Under the pieces are notes generated by a model. That model had not been told where the DNA came from. It saw only the letters and a program-made list of their open reading frames with translations, and did not search any database. Positions 12,829-24,592 of a DNA stretch of 64,000 nt are shown piece after piece. The first letter of the stretch is position 1; each line of letters opens with the position of its first letter. The stretch lies in NCBI GenBank assembly GCA_022813865.1, contig JALDZX010000007.1, positions 186,001-250,000 of the forward strand. Direction: 5' to 3'. Made by a program: the position numbers and the translations under genes. The DNA is from Xylographa opegraphella. Taxonomy: Eukaryota.

Positions 12829-14123
12829 GACTGGAGCGGCTGTCGATTGAGAATCAATTGCTACTCCTACAAAAGGACGGCGAGCTTTGATGGGGAGAAA
12901 CCTTTCGATTTGTGCTAATCAATAGGTAGGCCGGATATCTTAGCGTATACTAAGCTCCTTTTCTGAATTGCTGGGACTTTATAGCAACATAAACGCCTTT
13001 ATTCGTTTTCATTTCAGATCCAAGATGACCCAATCCCGTTACATAAAGTTGTACAGAAGTGCAGCGCGATGGGGAACAGGATGCTTGTGACTACCGGGCT
13101 AGGATAGCCATGATAGCCGCGGCTTAACGCGGCTGCTCTTCCGCGCGAGCTTACCTTAAGGAGAGGACCAGACGAGACACGCAGAGCTTGTTCCGGATTT
13201 ACGCAGCCAACTTCCGACTACCTAATAGCAAGGTACTCTGCACAATCTAGACAGTGGTGTGCATGGCGACAGGACCCACATTGTACAGATGCTGTCGCAA
13301 GATGGTCTCCCTAGCTGAGATCCAGTTCGTGTGCGTGTGTCGAATCCCCAGAGGTACCGTTGTATTTTATCTTTGTGACCTACTTGAGCACAAAGTCGGC
13401 TTCTGGGCACCCACAAGTCATGGGCCAGACCATCAGCTTTGTAAAACTCTATAATCTGTTTGTTGATCTTATATGTTTCCGGATCATGAGGTCAAATCCA
13501 TCTGGGCTCTTCGCCGCCTGTGTCCTCAGACTCCTTACTGCGGTGCGTAGAGCCTCAGCACTCTTAACTGAGGACTAAGCAACAGTCAAAGATGAAAGCC
13601 TTTCGACACTTTGTCTTCCTCGGAAGCCCTGATCAGATCTCGTGGAAGTGCCCGGAACATGGCTGAGTGAAAGTGGACCCTATCTTTCTCTTTAGCCCCC
13701 ATCATTCACCAATCTCGTAATCAGCCCCATAAGCTTCTCTTAGTTGAAATGGTCTTTTGTTGTTCTCCAGATCGTTGTTTATCACGGCTTAACCTTGGCC
13801 GCCTGCTTTCCAGTCACCATATTGCCCCGTCACACTGCCCAAGGAATCTTTACAGACTATTCATTGATCTCAGCACCAACTCTCATCTCGTCCATCTCCT
13901 TCTTGTTTTTAACCCAACACTTGGACGTGTCTTCTTGCTTCACCCGTGACAAGTTAACACAGACAAATCACGACATACTCCTCACACCTCCTCAGACTTC
14001 ACCTTGTCGTCCGTCTATTATCTTCAAAGAAAGCTTGCGTATCAATTCTGTGTTGCACACACTGCTGAGGTACGGATACTGTCAATCGTTGTTGATAACA
14101 TGTCTTCAAATACATGACGGTCA

Positions 14124-16443
14124 ATGCCACCACCTCCGAAACCACCTCAGGGTGGGTTTGCACCAGCTCTGGCAATCAAAAGACCTGCAAAAGATACGTA
14201 TGATCCGCATGCTGTGTCAACAGAGAAGTCATCGTTTGTGAAGAATGCCCTTGATGACGAGCCATTACGTGGGACTCTGACGACGATCGACGCCGAAACC
14301 GGTGTTCGAAACTGGGATCAACATCGTCGGATAGGGACCAGCACCCGTATCAGCGAGCGTGTGGATACTACCTCGAACTCTAGGAGAGGAAGTACTCGAT
14401 CAGGTAATGTGTGGGATAGCTGGGCAGAATCGTCCACCTCAAAATCTGCAGATCGCTCGCGACACGAGCGCAGTCCTTCCTCAATGTCTCTCACCAGCAA
14501 CGCTGACTTTGAAGACGAAATTCGTGGTCGCTTTGTTGGTATGAGCACTCTGATGAACGAGAACCAGAGATCATTGACGGATTTTGAGCGTCGGAACCAT
14601 TCGGTCTTATACCAAGGTAACATGGAAAGGCTGAAGAACATTGTTGGAGACAAGATTGTTAGTGTCACGCATCAACCTGTGGACGAAAGACTTCAGTACC
14701 TTGATGAGAATGGCAAATACAGAGATGGCATTGATCGTGGAGCCATCAAAAAGAGACTCATGGAAGAATGGCACAAAAGGCTTGCGGATAGATCGGCCGA
14801 AATGGAACATGTCACCAAGCTCAAGAGAGAATGGGATGCCCTGCCAGACTCGGAAAAACGACGAGGACTTGTACAAAGAGCAGCCAATACCTTGCTTTTG
14901 AGTGTGCTCGGTGCAGGTCTCGATTCGACAAACGATACCATAACATACGAAGGGGAAAACCTTCCTGAAATATACAGACGAGTCGATAAGCGGACTTTCA
15001 GTGAACCCGTTAGTGTATCTGATGGAGCAAGAAAACCAGATGCCACGTGTTCAGTCAATAAAGGGGCTCGTCCACAACTGCAGCGAAGAGGCCACTACTT
15101 CCCAACAGAACATACATTACCGATAACAGTCCGAGATACGCTTGTCGAGTCCACCGGTGGCAGTTCTAGTAGTGCTGTATTTGAAGGTGATATCCTTGGT
15201 TTCCATAGTCCGAGTCCCGACCGCGCATCTACGGTACAGGGCTTGTTCATACCCTCGACTGAGCGATATGGCAGTACTCCTAGCAGTGTTGAAAGCCGAA
15301 TGCAAAATCATGAATCTCGGAGAGAAGATCGCTACAACCCTCAACGGGAACCCTGGGAGCCTCAGGGGCCTCGCGCACGACCCCTAACAGGAAAGAGAAA
15401 GAGACCCGTGCGACCTCCTTCAACGGTTGCTACGCGGATACCGACTCCCCCTTCTCGGCCATTTCTGTCCCCCGTTACGCCACGACCGCGAATCAAACCA
15501 TCGGTGCACGCAAGTCCTAAACCCGCATCGTCTGCCACTTCTGAAACTACCGTTGCTTTCGACCATGTGCCAGATCTAGCTGTTCTGGCAGACTTACCCG
15601 AACGCACAGATATTGAAGATAGGTGGGGTGCGGGAGCCAGGTTCGATAAGATCAAAGACGCAAGCACCAAACATGGCCGAGTGGTTATGGTGAGACTACA
15701 CGAACCTGTACATTTCTCGTCCTCCGCAATTTCTGAGCGGCTGTTCGGCGGAGCCATCCAAGAGATCCAGTATCATCCCGCGGAACGCATGGCATTGGTT
15801 GTTTTCTTGTTTCCGTCAGACGCGAACGCGATGGTTCAACACGTCAAAACTATTCGGGAAAACAATGCTCACGAGTATCGAAGGTGATGTTATCACAGGG
15901 ACTGCCTCACCTATCCTCACTAACATCTTCATAGATTGCAAATCGACGTAGACTGGTACCAAAGCCTTGAGATCAAGGCAGTGTATCCAGCGCAAGTCTT
16001 TACTTTGGCCACGATGCTCACGGAACAAGCGAGTAGAATTATACTGGTGACGCACGTACCGGTGTTGAAGAAAATGCAGGACTTTGCGCAGGATATGAAG
16101 ACGGCCTTCCCGGATAAGATTCTCGTCAAGGTACGATATTCCCTTCAAGCGTTGAGGCTCAACCGTAAAATACTGATTTGCGATCTTTCTTCAGGCGGCG
16201 ATCTCGAAACCCATCCAGCGATATGTCCAGAAGCGGGATGGCAACAAGGGCATCCTGGAGTTCACCAGAATCATAGATGCCTTCGAGGTTATGAAGGTGT
16301 TCGAGAACCGAGGTGTGCTTGGGTATGAACGCTCGACCGTGGAATGGCTGAATGACAGCTGTGACGTGATCAGGCCGGCATTGCCCTTTTGCGATTGCCT
16401 GATGTGTAAGGGGAGGGTGATGAAGCTTGTGAAGCGATTCTAG
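14124..16443 (+). CDS. Hypothetical protein: long low-complexity N-terminus plus two degenerate RRM-like domains
   Basis: Exons 14124-15883, 15935-16130, 16195-16443 splice in frame. The C-terminal part has an RRM-like pattern twice (RVVMVRL..GGAIQEIQY..MALVVFLFPSDA; SRIILVTHVP..KGILEFTRIIDAFEV..VEWLNDSCD) and ends in CDCLMC. Confidence 0.7.
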
Positions 16444-16761
16444 ACTGATTTGTCAATTGCGGTCCCAGACCTACCACAGCAATCACAGTGCCAAGTTGAT
16501 TCTCTTACGTGAGGCGCTTCTACAAAATGTACTTACTAGAAGAAGAAAAGCATGTATCAATATATTCTGCTTGCTATGCCTATGAACCCTGACCACCCAG
16601 CCACAATAGACACTGCCCCATAAGCCATGAGTCGTTAACAGAGAAGAGATATGCACAGCTAGCAACCGCAAGCACGCCTTCCACTCGTGCCGCCACAATA
16701 TAGCGGACAGACGCCGTATCCTTTACGCCCTATCCATCCACACCGATCGATCAAAGCCCCT

Positions 16762-19700
16762 CTATCGATACAGCCTCAAGCTATCCTCCCAGCCAGGCCC
16801 GCCCCTCAGATCATGCTCGAAATTCTTCGCGACGTCCAACACGCGCTGGATATGCCCCATCCCCAGCTCCACGCCTTCATTGACCGCTAGCGCCTGGGCC
16901 GTGCGGACACTGTTCTTGATCTGGCGCCCATTCAGCACCGTCTTTGCGAGGCGGTCGTAGTCCGCGTCCATAAATTGGACCGTCTTGACGCCGTCGAGCT
17001 CGCGCACGCGCTGTAGGAACATGATCCAGATAGACTTGCGGGCCTTGTAGGTGAGCTCGGTGTAGCGCAGGGCGACGTGGATGCGGGACTGGAAGGCGTC
17101 GTCGAAGGTCTCGACGCGGTTAGTAGTCAGGAAGAGAATGCCTTGAAAGTATTCGAGCAGACGCAGGAAGATAGAGACGAGGGCGTTGCGGTGGATGTCT
17201 TGGACAGTGCGCTTTTCGAGGAAAACGTCTGCTTCGTCGAGGAGGAGGATGGCGCCCCTGGAAAAGAGGTTGTTAGCCAGGAGTATAGGGCGGATTCAGC
17301 ATGAAAAGGGGACTTGCCAGCTGTGAGCGATATCTAGGACCTTCTGGAGCTCAGCCTCGAGCTCGCGCGGGTTGGTGCCTAGTTCGCCGGCAGAGACCAT
17401 GTAGAGTGGGCATTTGAGGAGTTCGGAGATGGATTCGGCGGTTAGGGTCTAAGTTTTCATTAGCTGTGCAAGTGCTGTAAAGTACATAAGAATGGAAATC
17501 TTACCTTTCCAGTGCCAGGATTACCATGTAGGACGGCAACGAGCCCACGGCCTTTACCCTGGATGACATCGTCGATATTTTTCTTGCCTTGGAAGGAGTG
17601 TGACTCCACCAGCGCTTTGACAATTGATTTCTGGTCCTCCGGAAGCACCAGCGATTCAAAAGCACCTTCGTTCCACTCTATTTCGTTGATACCCGAGACG
17701 ATGAATTCAAGCCAGAGCTTTTCGGAGAACGCAAAGCCGAGAACAACAGGGCTTGCGATGAGAAGTTCTTCATCTGTGAAAGTCCGTTCGGGAGACTCGT
17801 CCTCTGTTGGCAGCTCGTCAATCTTTTCTTTCTGGATTTCCATTCCGTTTTCGTCGACTTCCACCTCGACGATAGCTGCATGGTCACGGTCATCCGTGAC
17901 TAGTTTCATCCGTATGCGAGGTTTTTCTGCGTCTTCGAAGTTCTGGCCAGTGGCTTGCGCATCTTCGTCTTCGCCGCAACCGCAGCTCTCTTCATCACTA
18001 TCGCGCTCTTCCTCAGGTAATAAATCCGGGTCTTCGGCTTTTACAGTTGATATAGGGTAGTTAGGATTGATTCGGCGGAAGTTTTTGCTATCAATCATCA
18101 CACGGCCATTGATGTTGACTTTAACAACTTGACGGCGCTTCTTGTAAAATGCGAGACCTATATTTCATTAGCCCTACAAGCAATTGAAGACAAAGATATG
18201 ATAACAGACCTTTGTGGAACTTGTATTGCATTCCCTTCAACCCCACGAATTTTCGTCCACGATCGACCAGTGTCTTTCGCAGTGTTTCGGGATCCTTGTG
18301 GTATTTTATTGGGTAGCACGGCAACGAATTGATAGGTCGTGCATTCTTGAAAGCTTCGACTTCGACTTCCATTGTGCCCATGCCGAAAGATTTCCCGTCA
18401 TACTCAAGGTACTTACCTTCAATTTCATACCATGTTCCCTTTCATCGTGTTAACAAAGTCATAATGTGGATAAGTTTGAGTGGTCTCACCTTCATGAAGG
18501 AGCTCTCCTTTGTGGCATATTCAACTTTGAACGCCCTTGGAAGATCAGGTGTGGAGTACACTGGGCAATAAGCAATTTCTCCGCTCTTAAACAAGGCCCA
18601 AAGTAAGTCGAAAGTGATTCGGCCCTCTTTAAGTAATGGATATAGGGTTTTTTTCGTTTCGGCATAGTCATTATCCAGATACTTGACAAGGACTTTCACA
18701 GTTGCAGCTTGAATAGTGGCAGCCTTGCGCTTCTTCTTTTTCTGTTCCAGCTTGGACTGTGCTTTAAGTTCTTTTTGGTAGTTCCGGAGCTCTTCTAGGT
18801 ACAAAAAGAGCATATTTGGGTCTATAGTTGGAGTTTCCTCGGCGAGCGAGACGCCTTTGCAGGAACCCATCACATGTACGAGGGCCTATCAACAGTCAAT
18901 ACGTTGAGAAGACATACGATTGTGAAACGCTCTTACGTCTTTAAGTACTTTGCTCTTGATATCCACCACCGTGTCAGAGTACTTCCCTTCCCAATCGAAC
19001 CTCCGACGAACGTGAAAAATATACTCCCCTAAAGAGGTATGTCAACAATAGTAAGAAGTAAGAAGTTTGGACACAACTGACCAAATTCATCTTCATTAGA
19101 CCTGTCTGCAGTTTCTGTAAGTTTGTAGTTATGAATCGTCTTGTCCCATAATTGGTCTACGCGAAAGTAATCTGGATTGCTTGGGTCAACTTTCTTCTTC
19201 GCTGACTTAGTGTCCGTGGTCTTCGGAATTATGTCAACAGGTATGCGACCAATTCTACGACTACCGGCAATGTTCCGGCGAAGGTTCAGAGCTTGTAATT
19301 GAGCGAGCTGCGCTCTGGCGTTGGCGTCGTCGTCATCAACCTGCTCCTCCTCCTCTGCCGCTTCCTCGGCGACTTTCCTTGCCCTGGCCTTTGCCTTTCT
19401 CTTCTTCGCTCTCCGTTTTTCCTCTTCATCTGAGCTAGAATCCAAGCTTGAATCAGACTCGTCACTTGAGTCAGCTTTCTTCTGCTTCTTCTTCCCCTTT
19501 GCCTTCTTCAGTGCTGCCTTCTTTTCCTTCAGTTTCTTTGCTTTCAGTTTGATCTTCCGCTTGGACTTCTCATCTTGGTCTTCGGAAGAAGAGTCGGAGG
19601 ATTCAGATTCATCGGACTCACTAGAAGAAGAGCTCGACGAGGAGTCACTATCCGCCAAAGCATCCTTCTTAGATTTTGACCGCTTCGATTTCTTGAGGTT

Positions 19701-20027
19701 GTCTTTACTAGAGACGTGCTTCTTGCATGGTTTCTTCGCAGCAGGCGGCGTTTTTTCTTCCTTGCTAATCGGAGGTTGTATTTGGGATTCCTCTGTCGCT
19801 GTACCATCCACCTTGGTATTATTCATCTCAGCTGCCTCGTCCATTCTGGCAATCTTGTCAAGAAGTTCGAAGTCGGTCGCGCGCTGTCCTATTGGAGGAG
19901 TATCTGCAGGTGTAAAGTCCGGAGTGTTCAGGGTGTTGTCGGGATGGCTGGAGGTTTCAGAGGTTAGGGCAGTAGATATGGGCTTCCACGAAGAGGCGTT
20001 AGGTTTGCCTGCGAGAGGAATGGTCAT
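16762..20027 (-). CDS. Fungal AAA+ ATPase with charged low-complexity N-terminus
   Basis: Multi-exon, joining ORFs 19029-20027, 18442-18873, 18121-18381, 17460-18101 and 16762-17022. Walker A LHGNPGTGK/TLTAE, Walker B ILLLDEADVFL, FLTTNRVETFDDAFQSRIH, lid motif LNGRQIKN, plus ITFDLLWALF and VLGFAFSEKLW. Confidence 0.92.
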
Positions 20028-20920
20028 CGGAGGATGCTTCTGGGATTCGTGCGCAGTTCAACTGGCAAATCACATCCTAAACACATAGACAGTGTGTAAG
20101 GTCAGCCAGAGTGCGAGAGTGTGATAGAACATGAAGGTGAGACCGAAGGAAGACAGCATTCATTCGACTCTATGTACACGACAGCCCTGATGCATGCCAG
20201 CCGTACTGTGCAGCATGTTGTGTAGCCTAGATATGTATGGCTTTCCGCATTGTGGTACGTACAGGAGTGATTGGTTGGGCGTGATAGGCAGCCGCACCGG
20301 CGGGCTCTCGATTGCGGAGGATAGCGAATAGGACAGGAAGCAGGCCTAGATCCTTGTTCCTTGTCAACCGCTATTCTAGGTCCTGCGCGGCGAGGCGGAT
20401 TTCATGTTGCGGCGAAGCGGCTTGCACGATAGCATTCAGCTCAAGTATAGGGACAGAAATATAATATCCGGATCTTGTAGAGGCTGAAAGTAAGCGTCAG
20501 TGCATCCAGTCCGACGCTGGGATTGTCACCAGGTCTGAGTCATCCAGTGCTATGAATATCAATTGACGAGTTCGAGCCACTACACTACCCTTCATAGCGT
20601 GGAGTGTTACAAGAGTCATTATTGTGCAGGAGTCATTCTTGCTAACTAAGGTACCTATCCTAGGCGTCCATATATGGATGTTTAAGCCAACAATGTGTGG
20701 CAATGCCGGCGGTGAGAACTATCGCGGTCCCGTATGAGTTGCGTCACAAAAAGCCTTTCTCCGTGATCACAGCGACATTTCTCCCCACAGGATTTTGTGG
20801 ATCTTCGACTCCGTAGATGGACCACAAATCCTTACTGATAAATTAAATGATGTACCAATGCTTTACCTCCCAACGACGGATCGCAGAAACACAGAAAGTA
20901 CTCGTGCACCCGAGCATCCA

Positions 20921-22244
20921 TCACTCCTGCATAAGCTCGTTGTCATCACCTTCATCCTGGCTGTCTAACGCCATTGCACCGGTGTTAGCATTTTCATCAG
21001 GCACACCGAGCTGTTCTGCTTGACCGACTTTCACCACTGCCTTGTCTGTGAGGGTTTCGTTTTTTTTGCCGGTCATGGTACCGATAGCAGCGACGGATGT
21101 ACCATTGGCCTGGCGTTCTGCAACCTTCTTGGCTTCCTTCATGAGAAATGCTGGTGCATACTTCTTCGCGCCATCGCTTTCCATATATCCGGAAATCGTT
21201 TTCCATTTCTCACTCTCATAGCGTGCAAGGGCTTCGGCAAGCCGTGCTTCATCGCCGGGCTCCAGATGTTCAAGATTGATCTAATTTCAATCAGAGGGCT
21301 TCGTACCCATGATCGAGATAGAAGCAGCATACCTTGATGCGACTGTAACGGTTAGGCAAGGTCGAACCGGCTAACTCTTTCCCGGTCTTGTTTTTCCACA
21401 TCTCACGGATCTCTGGCCATGATTTTCCAGCCTCTTTCATCCGCACCAGCTCTCGATCGGCTTCACTGGCCTCATCCCAGGACGAGGGAATGGCTTGTGC
21501 AGAAGCAGTGGTCTCGGCCTTGTTTGGTCCACGTTTACGCTCGGCAGACTTCGCTACGCCATTGGCATTCCCAGTCTTGGAGCCTTTGGGAGTCCTCGGC
21601 TTCTTGACGTTGGATTTGATATCGATATTTTCACTACTAACTTCGGTCTTCATATCCTTGGAAGGGTTTGCCTCGGTAGGCGAGACTTTGGCCTTTTTTG
21701 GACTGGCGACCGTAATAGCATTGGACACCGATGCACGCTTCTTGCCGACCTTCTCTGGGGTCTTCGGGATAATTTGAGCGTGCTCCTATTAGCGACGTAA
21801 GCAAAAATTGTTCATCAAGTGACTTGAAGTCCGCAGATTTGCCTTCGTTTGAAGAAGAATTCCCCACTTTGATGCGATGTATTATTACATCTCTTTAAAG
21901 TGTTCAAAAGATATCTACGCCCGAAGTGAACCACATCAGGCCGAACTTCGGCAATTTCATGCTAAAAAGATTGATCATAATATAATCAGGGACAGAAAAT
22001 TGCACGATAAACGACGGGCAGAAGTCATTAGAAGAGATGCACCAGACGAGTGTAGCAACGAGTCATAGTACACAGGGGTCATCCAGCTTGGGCTTACCTC
22101 GTCAACTTTGACATTCTCGATGAGATTTGCGGCGGAATCACTGGCCTCACTATCCTCTCCATGGAGACTCTGAGCCACCTGACTCACGTTTGCTGATCCA
22201 TCCGTAAGCATGTCAACTAAGTTCTCTTGCTTGAGGACCGCCAT
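20921..22244 (-). CDS. Nuclear protein with two Myb/SANT-like repeats
   Basis: Model 22244-22098, 21785-21333, 21280-20921, in frame. Repeat 1: WDEASEADRELVRMKEAGKSWPEIREMW..TLPNRYSRIK. Repeat 2: GDEARLAEALARYESEKWKTISGYME..KYAPAFLMKEAKK. Basic NLS-like stretches (SPKKAK, RKRGP). Confidence 0.75.
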
Positions 22245-22751
22245 TGCAAATACGGTATGGAATGGGGGTAGTCTGGGTTGATGGTAAGGAGCAAAAAATG
22301 CACGGTCGACGGCGATGAGCAAGATGAGAAGGATGGTTTGTATTGGCAAAAGAAGATGTTGAAGTAGAAAGTTGGGACGAAAGACCGGCGACGAAATTGA
22401 GGTTCAGCGTCTGGATTCACATGGATTCCAAGTGAATGAAATATAAATGAGGTTCTGGACTAGCACCGAATCACCGGCCGCAGCTGGAATTCTTGGATGG
22501 AACCAAACAAAGCACCTCACTTTCACCTGGATGCTTCTCGCGCAGCGATGAAGTGATTCCTTCTCGAGGTGGGACGCGAATATTTGACTCTACATAGAGC
22601 AGCTTTAGGAAGGTCGCTCATGATGCACGAAATGATCTTGTATAGAGATAGTGTACCGAGCGCTCGTCGAAGATACATGCAGTGATTCGAACACAAGCCA
22701 AGACCGTCGCAAACGCAGTACAGAGGTAGCTAAAGCAGACCTTACATTTCG

Positions 22752-23512
22752 TTACAATTCGTCATTGAAATCTGTGTCCATCGGATTGTAGTTCGATCCC
22801 CTATAGAGCTCTGTTCTGTGTCTATCCGCGGGGTAACGACCATAGACCCGTGGCATACCACCTTCATACTGTGGATACTCAACTTCATCTGCCCCGTGAT
22901 GACCATGGCCTCTGTAGTCCCGAGGAAATTGTCGTGAGGACTGATTTCTTGATCTACGACGTTCAAAACTACCCTGAACGTCATAATCGGAATCGCCATA
23001 TGAAAATTCCGACGGATCCATATCGTCGAAAATGCGGGGTTCGAATTCGAGTTCATCCTCATCCCATCCAGAAATGGTGCGAAACCGATCATCTGCACGA
23101 CGACGTACGTTCTCACGAGATTGAACTCGGCGATGCAGGGCTGCGCGTGGAAGCATCTGAGGTCTGCGTCCACCTATGTTATTGTTGTACATTTGAGGTA
23201 ACGTTCGAGGTACAGGTAGTTGGTGTCTTTGAGGTGGAAGGTGTCGTCGAAACCATGGCTGGTCATGTGTGACACGTTCATGAGATGGCGACAGATCTTC
23301 GTATCGGTCGAAAGCTGAAATGAAGTCAGATTTGCATATTTCAGAGATGATCAAACCATACGTCCTGCTACATGTCCAAAAGGACTGAATTGACCATGTG
23401 GGCTGCGAAGTATTCTCTCGGCCCGCAGGCTTTCTTTACGTTGTCGTTCTGCATCAATAAGTGGTCCAAACCCGACCATTCTGGCCAGGGGCTCTGCAAG
23501 TGGGGGCGGCAT
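22752..23512 (-). CDS. Hypothetical low-complexity protein
   Basis: ATG 23512 (MPPPLAEPL); a short GTATGG..CTGAC..TTTCAG intron joins ORF 23351-23557 to ORF 22752-23354 in frame. No recognisable domain. Confidence 0.5.
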
Positions 23513-23633
23513 ATCAGAAGGTGAAACTGCGCGTATATGTTGGAAATGACTCAACACACAGAATTGGTAGATGAACTAATAATTGCATAAAGTTGACAGC
23601 TATATTAATCATCATGCTCAAGGGTTAGACAAA

Positions 23634-23723
23634 GGGATGCTATATGACTGCGAGGGGATGCTATATGACTGCGAGGGGATGCTATATGACTGCGAGGGGA
23701 TGCTATATGACTGCGAGGGGATG
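23634..23723. repeat. 21-bp minisatellite GGGATGCTATATGACTGCGAG x4.3
   Basis: Four perfect copies plus GGGATG, no spacers. Confidence 0.95.
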
Positions 23724-24592
23724 TGCCACGTAACGAAGTTTGCTTGTCAAACAATACACATAATGCAGGTGGCGTCCGTAGGTGTGCTGAAAGTCGTTCA
23801 TGCCTGATTGTGTCCCACAAACCTAGATTTAAGCTATGGAGGCAATGAACTGAACGTCACTCTGCCTTTCTTAAAGTACTATTATACCGCATTGCCGAAA
23901 TTGGGGCATGTTCCAAAGAAAATGTAAGAACAGCAGCTCCTTCATGCTTGATTAAAAATCCCACACGCACGTAATAGATGTTTGTCTGGCCAACAGCGAG
24001 TACTATTGAATCCACAAATATTAAACGAGCTCAGCAAGCAGCCATTTGATCTCAGAATTCGAACGCGTCCCCTGTGCTTGCAGATAGACAGATAGTACAT
24101 GATTCACTAGAAAAGACGACATTCATTGAGGTCCGTGTTGTAGGCTCCGGATCAAGGCAAAAGAGTATTAGTAGCTCCAGCTCCGTACGGAGTAGATACC
24201 GAAAACCCTTGCATCATGGTCACAAGGTGAAAGTGGAGCATGGGGGAAAAAGAGGCGGATTAGCTGACCGCGATTTTACGCTTGCCTATGTTGGGTTTAG
24301 CGCTTTCGCGACAACATTTCATCCACTTGGAATTACGCTCACGTTCGTGTCTCGAGAGCAATAGTTGCCCTAACTCACAATTACTCGCAGATCCAGGATC
24401 GCTCATTGCGCTATTTATTTCGTTAATATCATCCCAGTACGCCAGATATTCCGACCATCACGAGTTTTGTTTCGTACGCTAAGTATACCGCAGGTTTATT
24501 AACAATCCACCTACACCCTTCGTCGAAGTTCACTATTCTACTCGCCTCCCATAGCAAGCACGGTCCCACCTATCGACAATTACCGTACAAGA

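Noticed and set aside
13115..13134. Inverted repeat AGCCGCG-N6-CGCGGCT in the divergent promoter of the MDR and RRM-like genes
   Set aside because: Single 7-bp-arm GC-rich palindrome, plausible by chance in 64 kb; no second copy noticed.
19321..20088. Long antisense ORFs (e.g. 19321-20088, 61840-62733, 51476-52096)
   Set aside because: Shadows of biased codon usage in real genes on the opposite strand.
8567..23723. Tandem repeats (8567-8751, 23634-23723) as CRISPR arrays
   Set aside because: Units are adjacent with no unique spacers, there are no cas genes, and the context is eukaryotic.
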